Of a stretch of DNA of 64,000 bases, positions 1-9,401 are shown in pieces. Both the position numbers and the translations under genes were made by a program. Origin of the DNA: an uncultured Candidatus Micrarchaeota archaeon. Its GTDB lineage: Archaea; Micrarchaeota; Micrarchaeia; Micrarchaeales; Micrarchaeaceae. The stretch is taken from assembly GCA_963741095.1 (NCBI GenBank), contig CAVUGN010000009.1:32001-96000 (forward strand). The letters run 5' to 3'. The notes beneath the pieces were generated by a model. That model ran no database searches. It was not told the DNA's origin and saw only the letters and a list, made by a program, of their open reading frames with translations. Position 1 is the stretch's first letter; the number at the start of each line of letters is the position of its first letter.

Positions 1-1029
1 GCCGCGCTGTGCGGCCGCGGGGACACCATAATGGGATTGAACCTGACGGACGGCGGCCATCTCACCCACGGCTGGAAGACGAGCATGACAGGGCAGTTCT
101 TCAACAGCGTGCCCTACCACGTCAAGGCCGACGGCTACATAGACATCGAGGAAGTGCGGACTCTGGCAAGGAAGGAGAAGCCAAAGCTCATATGGATAGG
201 TGCGACAGCATACTCAAGAGCCCTTCCGTTCGAGGAATTTTCGAAGATAGCCGACGAAGTCAGCGCCTATCTTGTTGCGGACATATCCCACATAGCCGGC
301 CTTGTGGCTGCGGGAGCGCACAAGAGCCCGGAACCCTACGTCCACATAATCACCACGACCACCCACAAGACCCTGAGGGGGCCGAGGGGCGCGATGCTGA
401 TGGTGACGGAAAAGGGTCTCAAGAAGGACCCCGAGCTCGGAGACAAGCTGGACAAGGCGATATTTCCCGGATTGCAGGGCGGACCTCACGATAACACCAC
501 TGCTGGAATAGCTGTGGCATTGCTCGAGGCGTCGAAGCCGGAGTTCAAGGAGTACGGCAGCCAGATAGTAAAGAACGCGCAGGCTCTTGCTGCAACGCTC
601 ATGAAAAGAGGCCTTAAGCTCGTGACCAACGGCACGGAGAACCACCTCATCCTCATAGACTTGACGCCATTCGGCAATGGAAAAGGGGTGTTTGCCCAGG
701 AAGCGCTCGACCTAGCCGGCATAGTGGTGAACAAAAACACGATACCGAAGGAGCCTTCAAGCCCGTTCTATCCCAGCGGCGTGAGGCTGGGAACGCCCGC
801 GATAACCACGAGGGGCATGAAGGAGCAGGAGATGGACGAGATCGGCAACATCATGGCGGACGTCATAAACGAGGTTAAGGACTACGACATGTCAAATGAC
901 AAGGCGGTCCGCATGGCGACGATAAAGAATTTCAGGAAGGAGATAAGCGCAAACGAGGTCATAAAAGCGGCAAGGGCCAAGACGCTCGAGATGTGCAGGA
1001 AATTCCCTCTCTATCCCGGCCTCGAATAG
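1..1029 (+). CDS. glyA: Serine hydroxymethyltransferase (5'-partial)
   Basis: GGHLTHG, TTTTHKTLRGPRG (PLP lysine), FPGLQGGP and SGVRLGTPAITTRG motifs; frame open from base 1. Confidence 0.97.
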   Translation, partial: AALCGRGDTIMGLNLTDGGHLTHGWKTSMTGQFFNSVPYHVKADGYIDIEEVRTLARKEKPKLIWIGATAYSRALPFEEFSKIADEVSAYLVADISHIAGLVAAGAHKSPEPYVHIITTTTHKTLRGPRGAMLMVTEKGLKKDPELGDKLDKAIFPGLQGGPHDNTTAGIAVALLEASKPEFKEYGSQIVKNAQALAATLMKRGLKLVTNGTENHLILIDLTPFGNGKGVFAQEALDLAGIVVNKNTIPKEPSSPFYPSGVRLGTPAITTRGMKEQEMDEIGNIMADVINEVKDYDMSNDKAVRMATIKNFRKEISANEVIKAARAKTLEMCRKFPLYPGLE

Positions 1030-1030
1030 G

Positions 1031-1510
1031 TCATCTCGCTTTGTGCACATATTCCCTGTAAGTGAAACCGTCGAAGTCCTTCGTCTCCTTTTCCTCCCAC
1101 AGATCGAGATCCACCTTCGGGAAATAGGTGTCTCCATCATAGGAGATCTTCACCCACGAGATGTGCAGCACGTCCGCCAAGGGCAGCATCGCCTCATACA
1201 GTTGCGCCCCTCCGATGCAGAAAACGTCATCCCCATATATCCTCGCCACCTTCAACGCCTCCTCAACGCTCTTGCAGACAATCGCGCCTTTTTGCTCCTG
1301 CAGGGTGCCGCTCACTATGATGTTTGTCCTGCGAGGAAGCGGCCTGTACTTGTCGGACAGCGAGAGCCAAGTGTTCTTGCCCATGATCACTGTGTTGCCT
1401 GTTGTAAGCTCCTTGAAGAGCTTCGAGTCGTCGTGTATGTGCCACGGAAGGGCCCCGTTCTTCCCTATCACCAGGTCTTTCGTCATCGCGACGATGATGT
1501 GGATCTTCAT
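1031..1510 (-). CDS. folA: Dihydrofolate reductase
   Basis: VIGKNGALPWH, VIMGKNTW, IGGAQLY and GDTYFP motifs; directly downstream of thyA. Confidence 0.96.
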   Translation of the reverse strand: MKIHIIVAMTKDLVIGKNGALPWHIHDDSKLFKELTTGNTVIMGKNTWLSLSDKYRPLPRRTNIIVSGTLQEQKGAIVCKSVEEALKVARIYGDDVFCIGGAQLYEAMLPLADVLHISWVKISYDGDTYFPKVDLDLWEEKETKDFDGFTYREYVHKAR

Positions 1511-1511
1511 T

Positions 1512-2411
1512 TCAAACAGCTATCTCAAACTCTATCTTCGGGTAGCTCTGGTAGCCATCAAGAACGGTGTCGGTGTACTGCCAGTCGAATATGCTCTTGA
1601 AGTTGTCAGTCCTTATCTTAGGCAACGCATACTGCGAAGGATTCCTGCTCAGCTGCTCCTTCGCGCCGTCCATGTGGTTCTCGTAGATGTGCGTGTCGGC
1701 GAGGAAGCCAACGAGCCTGCCCTCCTTCAATCCGGATTCCTTCGCCAGCAGGTGAAGCAGGATTCCATAGCTTGCTATATTGAACGGCAGACCCAGCATC
1801 GTGTCAACGGAACGCTGGTCCCATAACAGATTGAGCTTGTCCCCTATGACCGTTACCTGGAAGGCGTAGTGGCAGGCCGGCAGTCCCATCATCGGTATCT
1901 GCGGCGGGTTCCATGCCGAAACTATCATGCGCCTGTCCGTCGGGTCTGTCTTGAGCTTCTTCACGACATTTGCCAGCTGGTCGATGCCCTGTCCTGTATA
2001 ATCCGTGTCATAACTCAAGTACTTCGCGCCGAAGTGCCTCCACTGCCATCCGTACACCGGACCCAGATCACGCTCCTCAAGCATCTTCTTCTTCTCCTCT
2101 TCGGTGTGGCCGTACTTGACCTTCGCCTGATTCGCCCATTCGTCCCAAATATGATTGTTCCTGTCCTGCAGCCACTTCTTGTCGGTTATGCCTTTTATGA
2201 AGAACTCAAGCTCAGAGGCAACATTCTTGAACGGCATCTTCTTCGTGGTCAAAAGAGGGAAGCCCTTGCTCATGTCGTGCTCGAATATCGCTCCCGCTAT
2301 GGACTTCGCCTTCACCCCTGTCCTATTGTCCTTCCACTCCCCCTCGTCGACTATCCTCCTCACAATGTTGAGGTATTGCACGTCCGCGATTGTGTTGGTT
2401 GTTTCGGCCAT
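1512..2411 (-). CDS. thyA: Thymidylate synthase ThyA
   Basis: DNRTG, FPLLTTKK, LGPVYGWQWR, LPACH (catalytic Cys), QRSVD and GLPFNIASY; start placed at MAETT (ORF track begins 2441). Confidence 0.97.
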   Translation of the reverse strand: MAETTNTIADVQYLNIVRRIVDEGEWKDNRTGVKAKSIAGAIFEHDMSKGFPLLTTKKMPFKNVASELEFFIKGITDKKWLQDRNNHIWDEWANQAKVKYGHTEEEKKKMLEERDLGPVYGWQWRHFGAKYLSYDTDYTGQGIDQLANVVKKLKTDPTDRRMIVSAWNPPQIPMMGLPACHYAFQVTVIGDKLNLLWDQRSVDTMLGLPFNIASYGILLHLLAKESGLKEGRLVGFLADTHIYENHMDGAKEQLSRNPSQYALPKIRTDNFKSIFDWQYTDTVLDGYQSYPKIEFEIAV

Positions 2412-2495
2412 TCTTCCACCCCCTGATATCGTCTTCTGCATCTATTCCCCCCGTCCCGATGTCTATCAGAGTTATCAATTATTTAACCCTTATGC

Positions 2496-2727
2496 AGTGG
2501 CAGGCCGTAGCCCTCTTTTTGTTTTAGGCAGCATCAGTCTAAGCGGCTTTAAGCCTTGCATACTCACCGCACACGCATCGGCGCGTTTCATCCATCACGG
2601 CGCGCTCGTATTGTCATCGCTTTATGCGCCGCTCTGGTATCGTTTCTGTTCCGAATCAGGCCTTAAGCCCTCGTGTGCTCTGTATGAGAGGAGCTTCCTC
2701 CTTTCGGTAGGCTGCCCACCTGCCACC
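2496..2727 (-). ncRNA. rnpB: RNase P RNA, compact (~230 nt)
   Basis: Minus strand: P1 GTGGCAGG/CCTGCCAC, P2 GGGCAGC/GCTGCCT, CR-I GAGGAAGCTCCTCT, CR-II AACAGAAAC, CR-III GATGAAAC, CR-V AACAAAAAGAGGGCTAC; Rpp30 and Pop5 genes are in the same window. Confidence 0.9.
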
Positions 2728-2777
2728 ACAGCAATATATGGGACAAGCCTTTTATTAATTGTTACCGATAGATTTCC

Positions 2778-3071
2778 ATGGTGACATTACCGGCACTGCC
2801 CGTCGGAAACACGCTTCTGAGTGAGGCAATCCTTGTGATACTGATCGCGCTGGTCCTTTTCATAATATTCAAGCTCGGAAAATCGCTGCTCAGGATAATC
2901 TTCGGCCTGATAGCGAACAGCATACTCGGCATACTTGCAATATTCTTGCTCGACTACTTCTTCAACATCGGCATACCACTTGAGGTGGCGACACTTGTGC
3001 CGACCGCACTGTTCGGCCTCCCGGCCGTGGGAACATTGATACTGCTGAGGTTCTTCGGCATACCCTTGTAA
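2778..3071 (+). CDS. Small membrane protein, BofA-like
   Basis: Three hydrophobic segments with ANSILG...GIP...GLPAV pattern typical of the BofA family. Confidence 0.6.
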   Translation: MVTLPALPVGNTLLSEAILVILIALVLFIIFKLGKSLLRIIFGLIANSILGILAIFLLDYFFNIGIPLEVATLVPTALFGLPAVGTLILLRFFGIPL

Positions 3072-3089
3072 CTCCTTTAGGCGCTCACC

Positions 3090-3524
3090 ATGCAGAAAAA
3101 GGCGATTGGGGCAGTGGCGTTAATAGTGGTGCTGGCAATCGTTCTATCCTTTACCTTTTTGAACAATGGCAGCGTTGTCAAAACAACCGCTAGCACATCA
3201 ACAATATTGGTCAACGCATCGGCGCGGACCTATGCGCCCTCAGAAGAGATTGCGAATGTTTCCGCCGTGTACCCAAACGCCACAACCAGCACATTCTACT
3301 GCAACACGAGTGCTGATTGCATTATCGTGCACACCACCTCCTGTTTCAACAATCTGGCCTCTCAGCAGGCATGCATAAGCAAAACAGATTCCAACCAGTA
3401 CGCGACCTACTACAACAACTTCCTCAGCCGCAGCCCGGTGGCATGCCCACAATTCATAATAAACGCGTATGCAAGCTGCAGCTGCATAAACAATGGCTGC
3501 AGCCTGGTTTATGAAACAGGGTAA
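3090..3524 (+). CDS. Exported or membrane-anchored Cys-rich hypothetical protein
   Basis: N-terminal KK plus hydrophobic helix, Ser/Thr linker, eight Cys including CxxxADC and CSCINNGC. Confidence 0.7.
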   Translation: MQKKAIGAVALIVVLAIVLSFTFLNNGSVVKTTASTSTILVNASARTYAPSEEIANVSAVYPNATTSTFYCNTSADCIIVHTTSCFNNLASQQACISKTDSNQYATYYNNFLSRSPVACPQFIINAYASCSCINNGCSLVYETG

Positions 3525-3557
3525 GAATATAGACTTGGTTCTGCACCATATGCAGAA

Positions 3558-3764
3558 TCAACTGCATGCAAGCTTTATGTCCGAAACGTCTATCGTCTTC
3601 CTTTTTGCGTGATGCGACAGGAGCACGGCCTTCTGTGCCGTGTTGAAGGCGATCCTGTTCACGTACTTCTGCAGCTCCATGCTGGCATCCGACCTTACCC
3701 GGTTGGCTCCAGCCTCTCTTAATATTTTCTTGACAGTAGACTCTGATATATACACAAAATTCAC
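3558..3764 (-). CDS. Archaeal histone (HMf-like)
   Basis: VKKILREAGANRV...HAKRKTIDVSDIKLA histone-fold signature; true start may be a few codons downstream. Confidence 0.92.
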   Translation of the reverse strand: MNFVYISESTVKKILREAGANRVRSDASMELQKYVNRIAFNTAQKAVLLSHHAKRKTIDVSDIKLACS

Positions 3765-3830
3765 CCGTGAGAGAGTATACCCAACAAACCTTTAAGAACA
3801 CGCAAATCTTTTGTGCATTAGCGGAATAGA

Positions 3831-5972
3831 CTACATGTTCAGTTGCTCGAAGACCCTTGCAGCAATGTCCTTGCCGAGCAGCTTCGTTACCTTGTCCTTG
3901 TTTTCCCGAATGTCCTGCACGGTCTTCACGCCGTTCGTGAACAGTATCCTCGCCCTGACGCGTCCTATCTGCTCCAATCTCACCAGGTCAAGAAGCTCCT
4001 CCTTTATGCCGTATCTCATTCGCACCCTCGTTTCGACGAGTTTCCTTGCCGGCACCTTCATTATGTGCGCCAACTCAGTGGCGGAATAGACCAGCCAGTC
4101 CGCATTGGTCATCTTGCTGTAAAGCCCTCCAGGCGTAGTGGAATACTTCTTCACGAGCTCCGGCTCCTTGACCTCGTCCATCCAGTCCTTGAGCATAAGG
4201 GCTGTGCTGAAGGCCTTGACCGGGTCATAATAGCCGTAATCCATGTTCATGTAGCCGTCAGAAATCTTGCTCTTCCTGAAATGCACGTAAGTAACGTATT
4301 CCAGCTCTGCTTCCTGCGTGGCCTTGACATAGGGCCGCATCTCAAGCGTGTTGGATATCATGTAAAGAACCCCAAGGGTATCAAGCTCCTGCCCCAGCGA
4401 GTCTATCATCCATCTGGCCGAAAGCGGATCAAGATAGAGCTGGCTTACCCGCTCGCCCATCTTCGTTGCCCTGTAGGTGCCTCCGCCGAGGTCCTCGATG
4501 AACTGCCATTCCAAAAGGTCCTCGACTATGTCATCGATCATGCTGTTTATGTGGCTCTGGCTCTTGTACTGGAAGCTGTAGAAGCTCTTTGCCAGAAAAC
4601 GCTGCATCGCCTTCTTGCTGTTCAGGAAGTTCTGCGCCACGAACGCGAGGATGTGTGTTCTCATTATAGGTGCAATGCCAAGAGAGGACTCGACAGGCTC
4701 GAGTTTCGCGATTATGTAGCTGTTGTACAGCTCCTCTATGCGCTCCTTCGATGAGGCGATGAGCAGCGCTCTCCCTTCAGTATCATATTTCGGCCTTCCA
4801 GCCCTTCCAAAGAGCTGTGTGACTTCGTTGACGCCCAATCTCTCGCTGGAGCCATTGTCATACCTGCTGGTGTCTCGCACGACAACCGTATGAGCGGGAA
4901 GGTTGACGCCAAACCCGAGGGTAGTGGTCGAACATATCGCTTTGATCAGGTTCGCCTTGAACGCCTCTTCTATCAAGTGGCGTTGCTTGTTCATCAATCC
5001 CGCATGGTGGAACGAAACGCCCTTCTCCACCAGCGATGCAACTTTCTTGCACTGTTCGGTCGGCCGCTCCAGGACATTAAGAACATCCTCGCTGACCTTC
5101 TCAAGCGCTGCACGTTCCTCCTTCTTGAGCATTGCGTCAACGGTGTGGGACAACCTTACTGCGCCGGCCTCCGCATTCCTTCTGGCAGAATAGAAAAGCA
5201 GTATCTGCTTCTTCTGCAGCAGCGTATCTTGCGTTATCCTTGCCTCTGGGATCTCCGCCGTGCCCATAAGGTCCTCTTCTTTCACGATCTCCGTATCGTC
5301 ATGGTAGTAGGCCTTGCCGTTGTGGATTATCCCCTTCACCAGTTTCACCGGCCGGTACTCGCTTTGCACCAGTTCTGCGCTCAGCCATTTCGCGATCTCG
5401 TCGCAGTTGGCTATTGTGGCGCTCAGCGCTATGATCTGCGCGTCGCAGGTCGTGGCCAGCTTCGTCATCAGCACCTCCAGGGTAGGTCCTCTCGAAGAAT
5501 CGCCGATCATGTGCACCTCGTCGAAGACAATGCAGCCCACGCTATCAAGCCAGTTTATCCCATGCCTCAACAGGCTGTCGAACTTCTCGGTAGAGAAGAA
5601 GAGCATGCTGTAATCCGCGAGCCACTGGTCGTTAGAATCAAGGTCGCCTATCGATATTGCCGACTTTATGTACGGATACGATGCCTGGAACTCGCTGAAC
5701 TTCTCGGTGGCAAGCGCTCGCATAGGGGCAATGTAAACCGCCTTCTTGCGTTTGGAGAGTATGGAATTGATGCAGGCCATCTCCGCCACCAGCGTCTTTC
5801 CGCTTGCGGTCGGGGAGGCAACAACCATGTTCTTGAAGGAAAGCAGCCCGCTCTCAACGGCCTGAACCTGCGGAGGCGTTAGCTTGGTTATGCCTCGGTC
5901 AACCAGGGACTCAAGCAGCTCGTTCGGGACCCTGCCTTTCAGCGACGACACCTCCATACAAACATATCTCAT
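3831..5972 (-). CDS. hel308: Ski2-like DNA helicase Hel308/Hjm
   Basis: SPTASGKT, DEVH, ALSAT, FHHAGL, GVNLPA, QLFGRAGRP and C-terminal HhH (IGRVRARILF). Confidence 0.93.
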   Translation of the reverse strand: MRYVCMEVSSLKGRVPNELLESLVDRGITKLTPPQVQAVESGLLSFKNMVVASPTASGKTLVAEMACINSILSKRKKAVYIAPMRALATEKFSEFQASYPYIKSAISIGDLDSNDQWLADYSMLFFSTEKFDSLLRHGINWLDSVGCIVFDEVHMIGDSSRGPTLEVLMTKLATTCDAQIIALSATIANCDEIAKWLSAELVQSEYRPVKLVKGIIHNGKAYYHDDTEIVKEEDLMGTAEIPEARITQDTLLQKKQILLFYSARRNAEAGAVRLSHTVDAMLKKEERAALEKVSEDVLNVLERPTEQCKKVASLVEKGVSFHHAGLMNKQRHLIEEAFKANLIKAICSTTTLGFGVNLPAHTVVVRDTSRYDNGSSERLGVNEVTQLFGRAGRPKYDTEGRALLIASSKERIEELYNSYIIAKLEPVESSLGIAPIMRTHILAFVAQNFLNSKKAMQRFLAKSFYSFQYKSQSHINSMIDDIVEDLLEWQFIEDLGGGTYRATKMGERVSQLYLDPLSARWMIDSLGQELDTLGVLYMISNTLEMRPYVKATQEAELEYVTYVHFRKSKISDGYMNMDYGYYDPVKAFSTALMLKDWMDEVKEPELVKKYSTTPGGLYSKMTNADWLVYSATELAHIMKVPARKLVETRVRMRYGIKEELLDLVRLEQIGRVRARILFTNGVKTVQDIRENKDKVTKLLGKDIAARVFEQLNM

Positions 5973-6049
5973 AAAAGATATTTAACTCATCTTCCATTTT
6001 CGCGCTAATCAACTTATTTATAGGTTTATTATGAATGTAATAGGAGTTC

Positions 6050-8809
6050 ATGCCCGAACAAAAGGGAAACGCCCGTCCCAGAGCGCAGATAGCCCTTGAA
6101 TTCGTTATAGTCTACTCATTCATCCTTGTCATTTTCGTGCTGATTTTCACCCTGATCTCAACGCAAAGAGCAGCCACCATGTCGGAGCAGGAATATTCGC
6201 TGCTGCAGCTGCAGGCGCAGAACATCGCAGACTACATAAATCAGGCACTGGGCGCTGGCAGCGGCTATTCAGCCGTGATACCCATAGCGGGCAGCATAGG
6301 CGTGCAGCAATTCAACATCTCGATGTCCACAACGGGAGTGGTGGAGGCGCAGACGAAAGTAGGCACGCAGATCGTAAGGGCCTACGCCTTCAGCAACGCG
6401 AGGAACATGGTGATAAACGGCACGCAGACCCAGACGGGCAACGGGATAACCGTCTATCTGCTGTCGATACAGATGGGCAGCATCTCCCTCACGAACTCAA
6501 ACGGCGCAGTATACGTCGACATGCAGCCCCCATCAACAACTGGCCTTCCGAAAAGTGTTACGTTCACCAACATCGCAAACACAAAAACAGCAAACTTCGG
6601 CAGCGGAGGCAGCATATCCGTTCCGATAACACCATTATTGCAGATGCAGACTTTTACTGTTTCAATGTGGGTCTATATAACCCCCGGGAATCCCTGCTTG
6701 ACGAATTGCGACATGTTCTTCATATCTTTTGGCAACAGCACCAACGTGTACCGCTTTTTCATGGACAAGGAGGGCTATAGCGGTCAATTACAATACGCCT
6801 GGCGAGCAGAACTTCAACCAACTGGTTCTGGTTGTTGCTCAACCGATGTCGACGGAGGCGGCTGGGTTGCAGGGAAATGGTACCATTTTGTTGCAACAGT
6901 CGATAGCAACGCAGATATGCTAAAAGTGTACATGAACGGAGTTTTCGTAGGTCAATCCCCCTTCACAGGGCCGATTATAACATCGACGATAACTGACCTT
7001 TATATACCCTGGTCCGCCTCTCAATCACAGATGACCAACGTTCAGGTCTATAATTCTGCGCTCACCGCGACTCAGGTATCAAACCTGTATCTCGAAGGCA
7101 TCGGTGGCGCTCCCATCCTGCCAGCAAACGTCGTCGGCTGGTGGCCGTTGGAAGGTAACACAAACGATTACAGCGGAAACAATCAGAATGGCGTGCCAAG
7201 CGGGGTTTTAGCATACCAAAGTGTAGCTCAAATAAACGCCCAAGTAAAGGCTGGAACCGGCGCAAATGTAGTGGGGGCACCTATGGGCATTGTTGCAAGC
7301 AATGGCGTTCTAAGCTCAAATGGCATGGTGCTATCGCTTTACACAAACGCGACTGGCAGCAACACAATCTTCATTTCATCAAACGGCGTAAAAAAGATTG
7401 CAAACCTGACAGTCAACGTTTTCGATGATAACATCACTACAGCAAACAACCTTGTGGGATGGTGGCCTCTGGATGAAGGTTACGGCAGTACGGCATACGA
7501 TTTGAGCGGCTATTATAACAACGGCGCATTCAGCAATCCTGCATGGGTTCCGTTCACGAACCAGACAAATCTTGCAGTTGCAAACTTCAATGGACAAAGT
7601 AGTACGATAACTGCTAACATCCCTAATGTTGGAACACACGCATTAACCGTAACTACCTGGATTTATGTGAACTCTATTAGCGCAAGCAGATATGGATTTA
7701 TAGATGCCGATGGCGCATCTGGGAATAATTATGATACTTTTTATTTAGGCACAGTAAACGGCAACCCAACACCCTACTTTGCAGTAGCAGAATCTGCGGG
7801 CACTAACTGGAATTGGTACTCATCACCCTCAACAACTTTAAATCTCAATACCTGGTATTTTCTAGCGGGCAGATTTAATGGCACATACGCAAGTCTTTAT
7901 GTTAATGCCAACCAACCTTTAATCACACCAGTAGGTAGTAACGGTCTGGGGATTCCATCAACTCCAACCGATATTGGCTGGGATGCGTGTTGTGGCGGCA
8001 TGAACCTTCCGGGTCAGATGGCAAACATCCAACTCTACAACACCTCCTTGACATATTCGCAGATAACGCGGCTCTATCAGGAAGGCATTTCAGGATCTCC
8101 GATAGGTGATACGGGTCTTATAAGCTGGTGGCCGCTTGCCTATAGTGCTAACGATTATTCTAGTAAAGGTAATAACGGCGTACCAACAAGTGTGACATTC
8201 AGTAACGTTAATTACACCAATCCAGCAACAACAAGCAGTGCAATAAAAGTTGCAAGCTTCAACGGAGTGAGCAGCTACATCGATGTTGGAAATGCAGTGA
8301 ACTTGAATCTTGGGGATTCGTTCACAATAGCTGCGTGGGTTTATATAAACAGTGTAACTCCACCTAGTACATATCCACGAATAGTTGCCAAAGATTATTA
8401 TTCTGCTCCATCCGTTCAAGGATATGGTATTGAAATGATTGGTGGGACGACCACCCCTTCTTTTGATGTATGTAATGGCGCAGCACAAGGATCAGGGGGA
8501 TTATCACAAGTTTATTTTGGTAATCTTAATACGGGCCGATGGTACTTCTTAGTTGGTACTTTTAATAAACCAATACAATCTACTTATGTGAATGGGCGAT
8601 TTGTAGGGAGTACTTCTTACAACTATGATTTGGTTAATTCGGCATACGATTTACAAATCGGTAAATCTGTCTGGCGGCCAAGCGATTACTTCAACGGTCT
8701 CATCTCAAACGTCCAAATCTACAATACCGCACTTAATTCCAATCAGATAATGCAACTCTATCAGCAAGGTATGCCACTGTATAATAAAATGAACGTTTCG
8801 CTGGGTTGA
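6050..8809 (+). CDS. Class III signal-peptide (pilin-like) protein with three LamG/concanavalin A-like modules
   Basis: RAQ-IALEF prepilin-type N-terminus plus hydrophobic helix; three repeats of A[NS]F.G...W...NVQ.YN.AL, with GWWPL segments. Confidence 0.85.
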   Translation: MPEQKGNARPRAQIALEFVIVYSFILVIFVLIFTLISTQRAATMSEQEYSLLQLQAQNIADYINQALGAGSGYSAVIPIAGSIGVQQFNISMSTTGVVEAQTKVGTQIVRAYAFSNARNMVINGTQTQTGNGITVYLLSIQMGSISLTNSNGAVYVDMQPPSTTGLPKSVTFTNIANTKTANFGSGGSISVPITPLLQMQTFTVSMWVYITPGNPCLTNCDMFFISFGNSTNVYRFFMDKEGYSGQLQYAWRAELQPTGSGCCSTDVDGGGWVAGKWYHFVATVDSNADMLKVYMNGVFVGQSPFTGPIITSTITDLYIPWSASQSQMTNVQVYNSALTATQVSNLYLEGIGGAPILPANVVGWWPLEGNTNDYSGNNQNGVPSGVLAYQSVAQINAQVKAGTGANVVGAPMGIVASNGVLSSNGMVLSLYTNATGSNTIFISSNGVKKIANLTVNVFDDNITTANNLVGWWPLDEGYGSTAYDLSGYYNNGAFSNPAWVPFTNQTNLAVANFNGQSSTITANIPNVGTHALTVTTWIYVNSISASRYGFIDADGASGNNYDTFYLGTVNGNPTPYFAVAESAGTNWNWYSSPSTTLNLNTWYFLAGRFNGTYASLYVNANQPLITPVGSNGLGIPSTPTDIGWDACCGGMNLPGQMANIQLYNTSLTYSQITRLYQEGISGSPIGDTGLISWWPLAYSANDYSSKGNNGVPTSVTFSNVNYTNPATTSSAIKVASFNGVSSYIDVGNAVNLNLGDSFTIAAWVYINSVTPPSTYPRIVAKDYYSAPSVQGYGIEMIGGTTTPSFDVCNGAAQGSGGLSQVYFGNLNTGRWYFLVGTFNKPIQSTYVNGRFVGSTSYNYDLVNSAYDLQIGKSVWRPSDYFNGLISNVQIYNTALNSNQIMQLYQQGMPLYNKMNVSLG

Positions 8810-8813
8810 TTCT

Positions 8814-9392
8814 ATGAGCGTTGATAAAACTTTCGGGAAAAGTTTTAAAGCCCAGTTCTGGAGCTTCGATGTGGTATTTGCACTTGTAATATTCGGCATA
8901 GCGTTGACAGTGCTCACGTTCACGTGGTATAATCTCAACAATCAGCTAGCACTGGCATACGGCGGCGGTGATACGATACTTCAACTTCAGACCAAATCGC
9001 TTGCAAGCGGCATACTGTCTACTGGTGTGCCAACGAACTGGCAGAGCATAACAAACACTGTAAACACTGCCACATGGAGCAACGTGAGCATAGGTCTTGC
9101 GAGCGCACCACTAGGCAGCAATATATCAACTAGCAAGCTCTACACCTTTATGTCAATGTCCAATTACAACTACCAAGCCTCAAAACAAACTCTTGGCATG
9201 GCATTTGATTACTACGTCACGATAACCAGCAATCCGACCGTTGGCGCGGGGCTGAACATAACAATAGGCAGGAATCCGCAGACCAATGGTGCGCTCACGA
9301 CTTACGTCGAAAGAAGGAGCGCGTTCATCAATGGAATTCCAGTTTCAGTAAGAGTAATGGCCTGGACCAACACGACACTGGCGACGAGCTGA
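8814..9392 (+). CDS. Class III signal-peptide (minor pilin-like) protein
   Basis: KAQ-FWSFD plus hydrophobic helix, G.P.NW motif; co-oriented within the operon. Confidence 0.75.
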   Translation: MSVDKTFGKSFKAQFWSFDVVFALVIFGIALTVLTFTWYNLNNQLALAYGGGDTILQLQTKSLASGILSTGVPTNWQSITNTVNTATWSNVSIGLASAPLGSNISTSKLYTFMSMSNYNYQASKQTLGMAFDYYVTITSNPTVGAGLNITIGRNPQTNGALTTYVERRSAFINGIPVSVRVMAWTNTTLATS

Positions 9393-9401
9393 GATGCGGA
9401 T

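Noticed and set aside
2155-2784. 209-aa plus-strand ORF
   Set aside because: Antisense to thyA and the RNase P RNA; a shadow ORF like many other antisense ORFs in the track.
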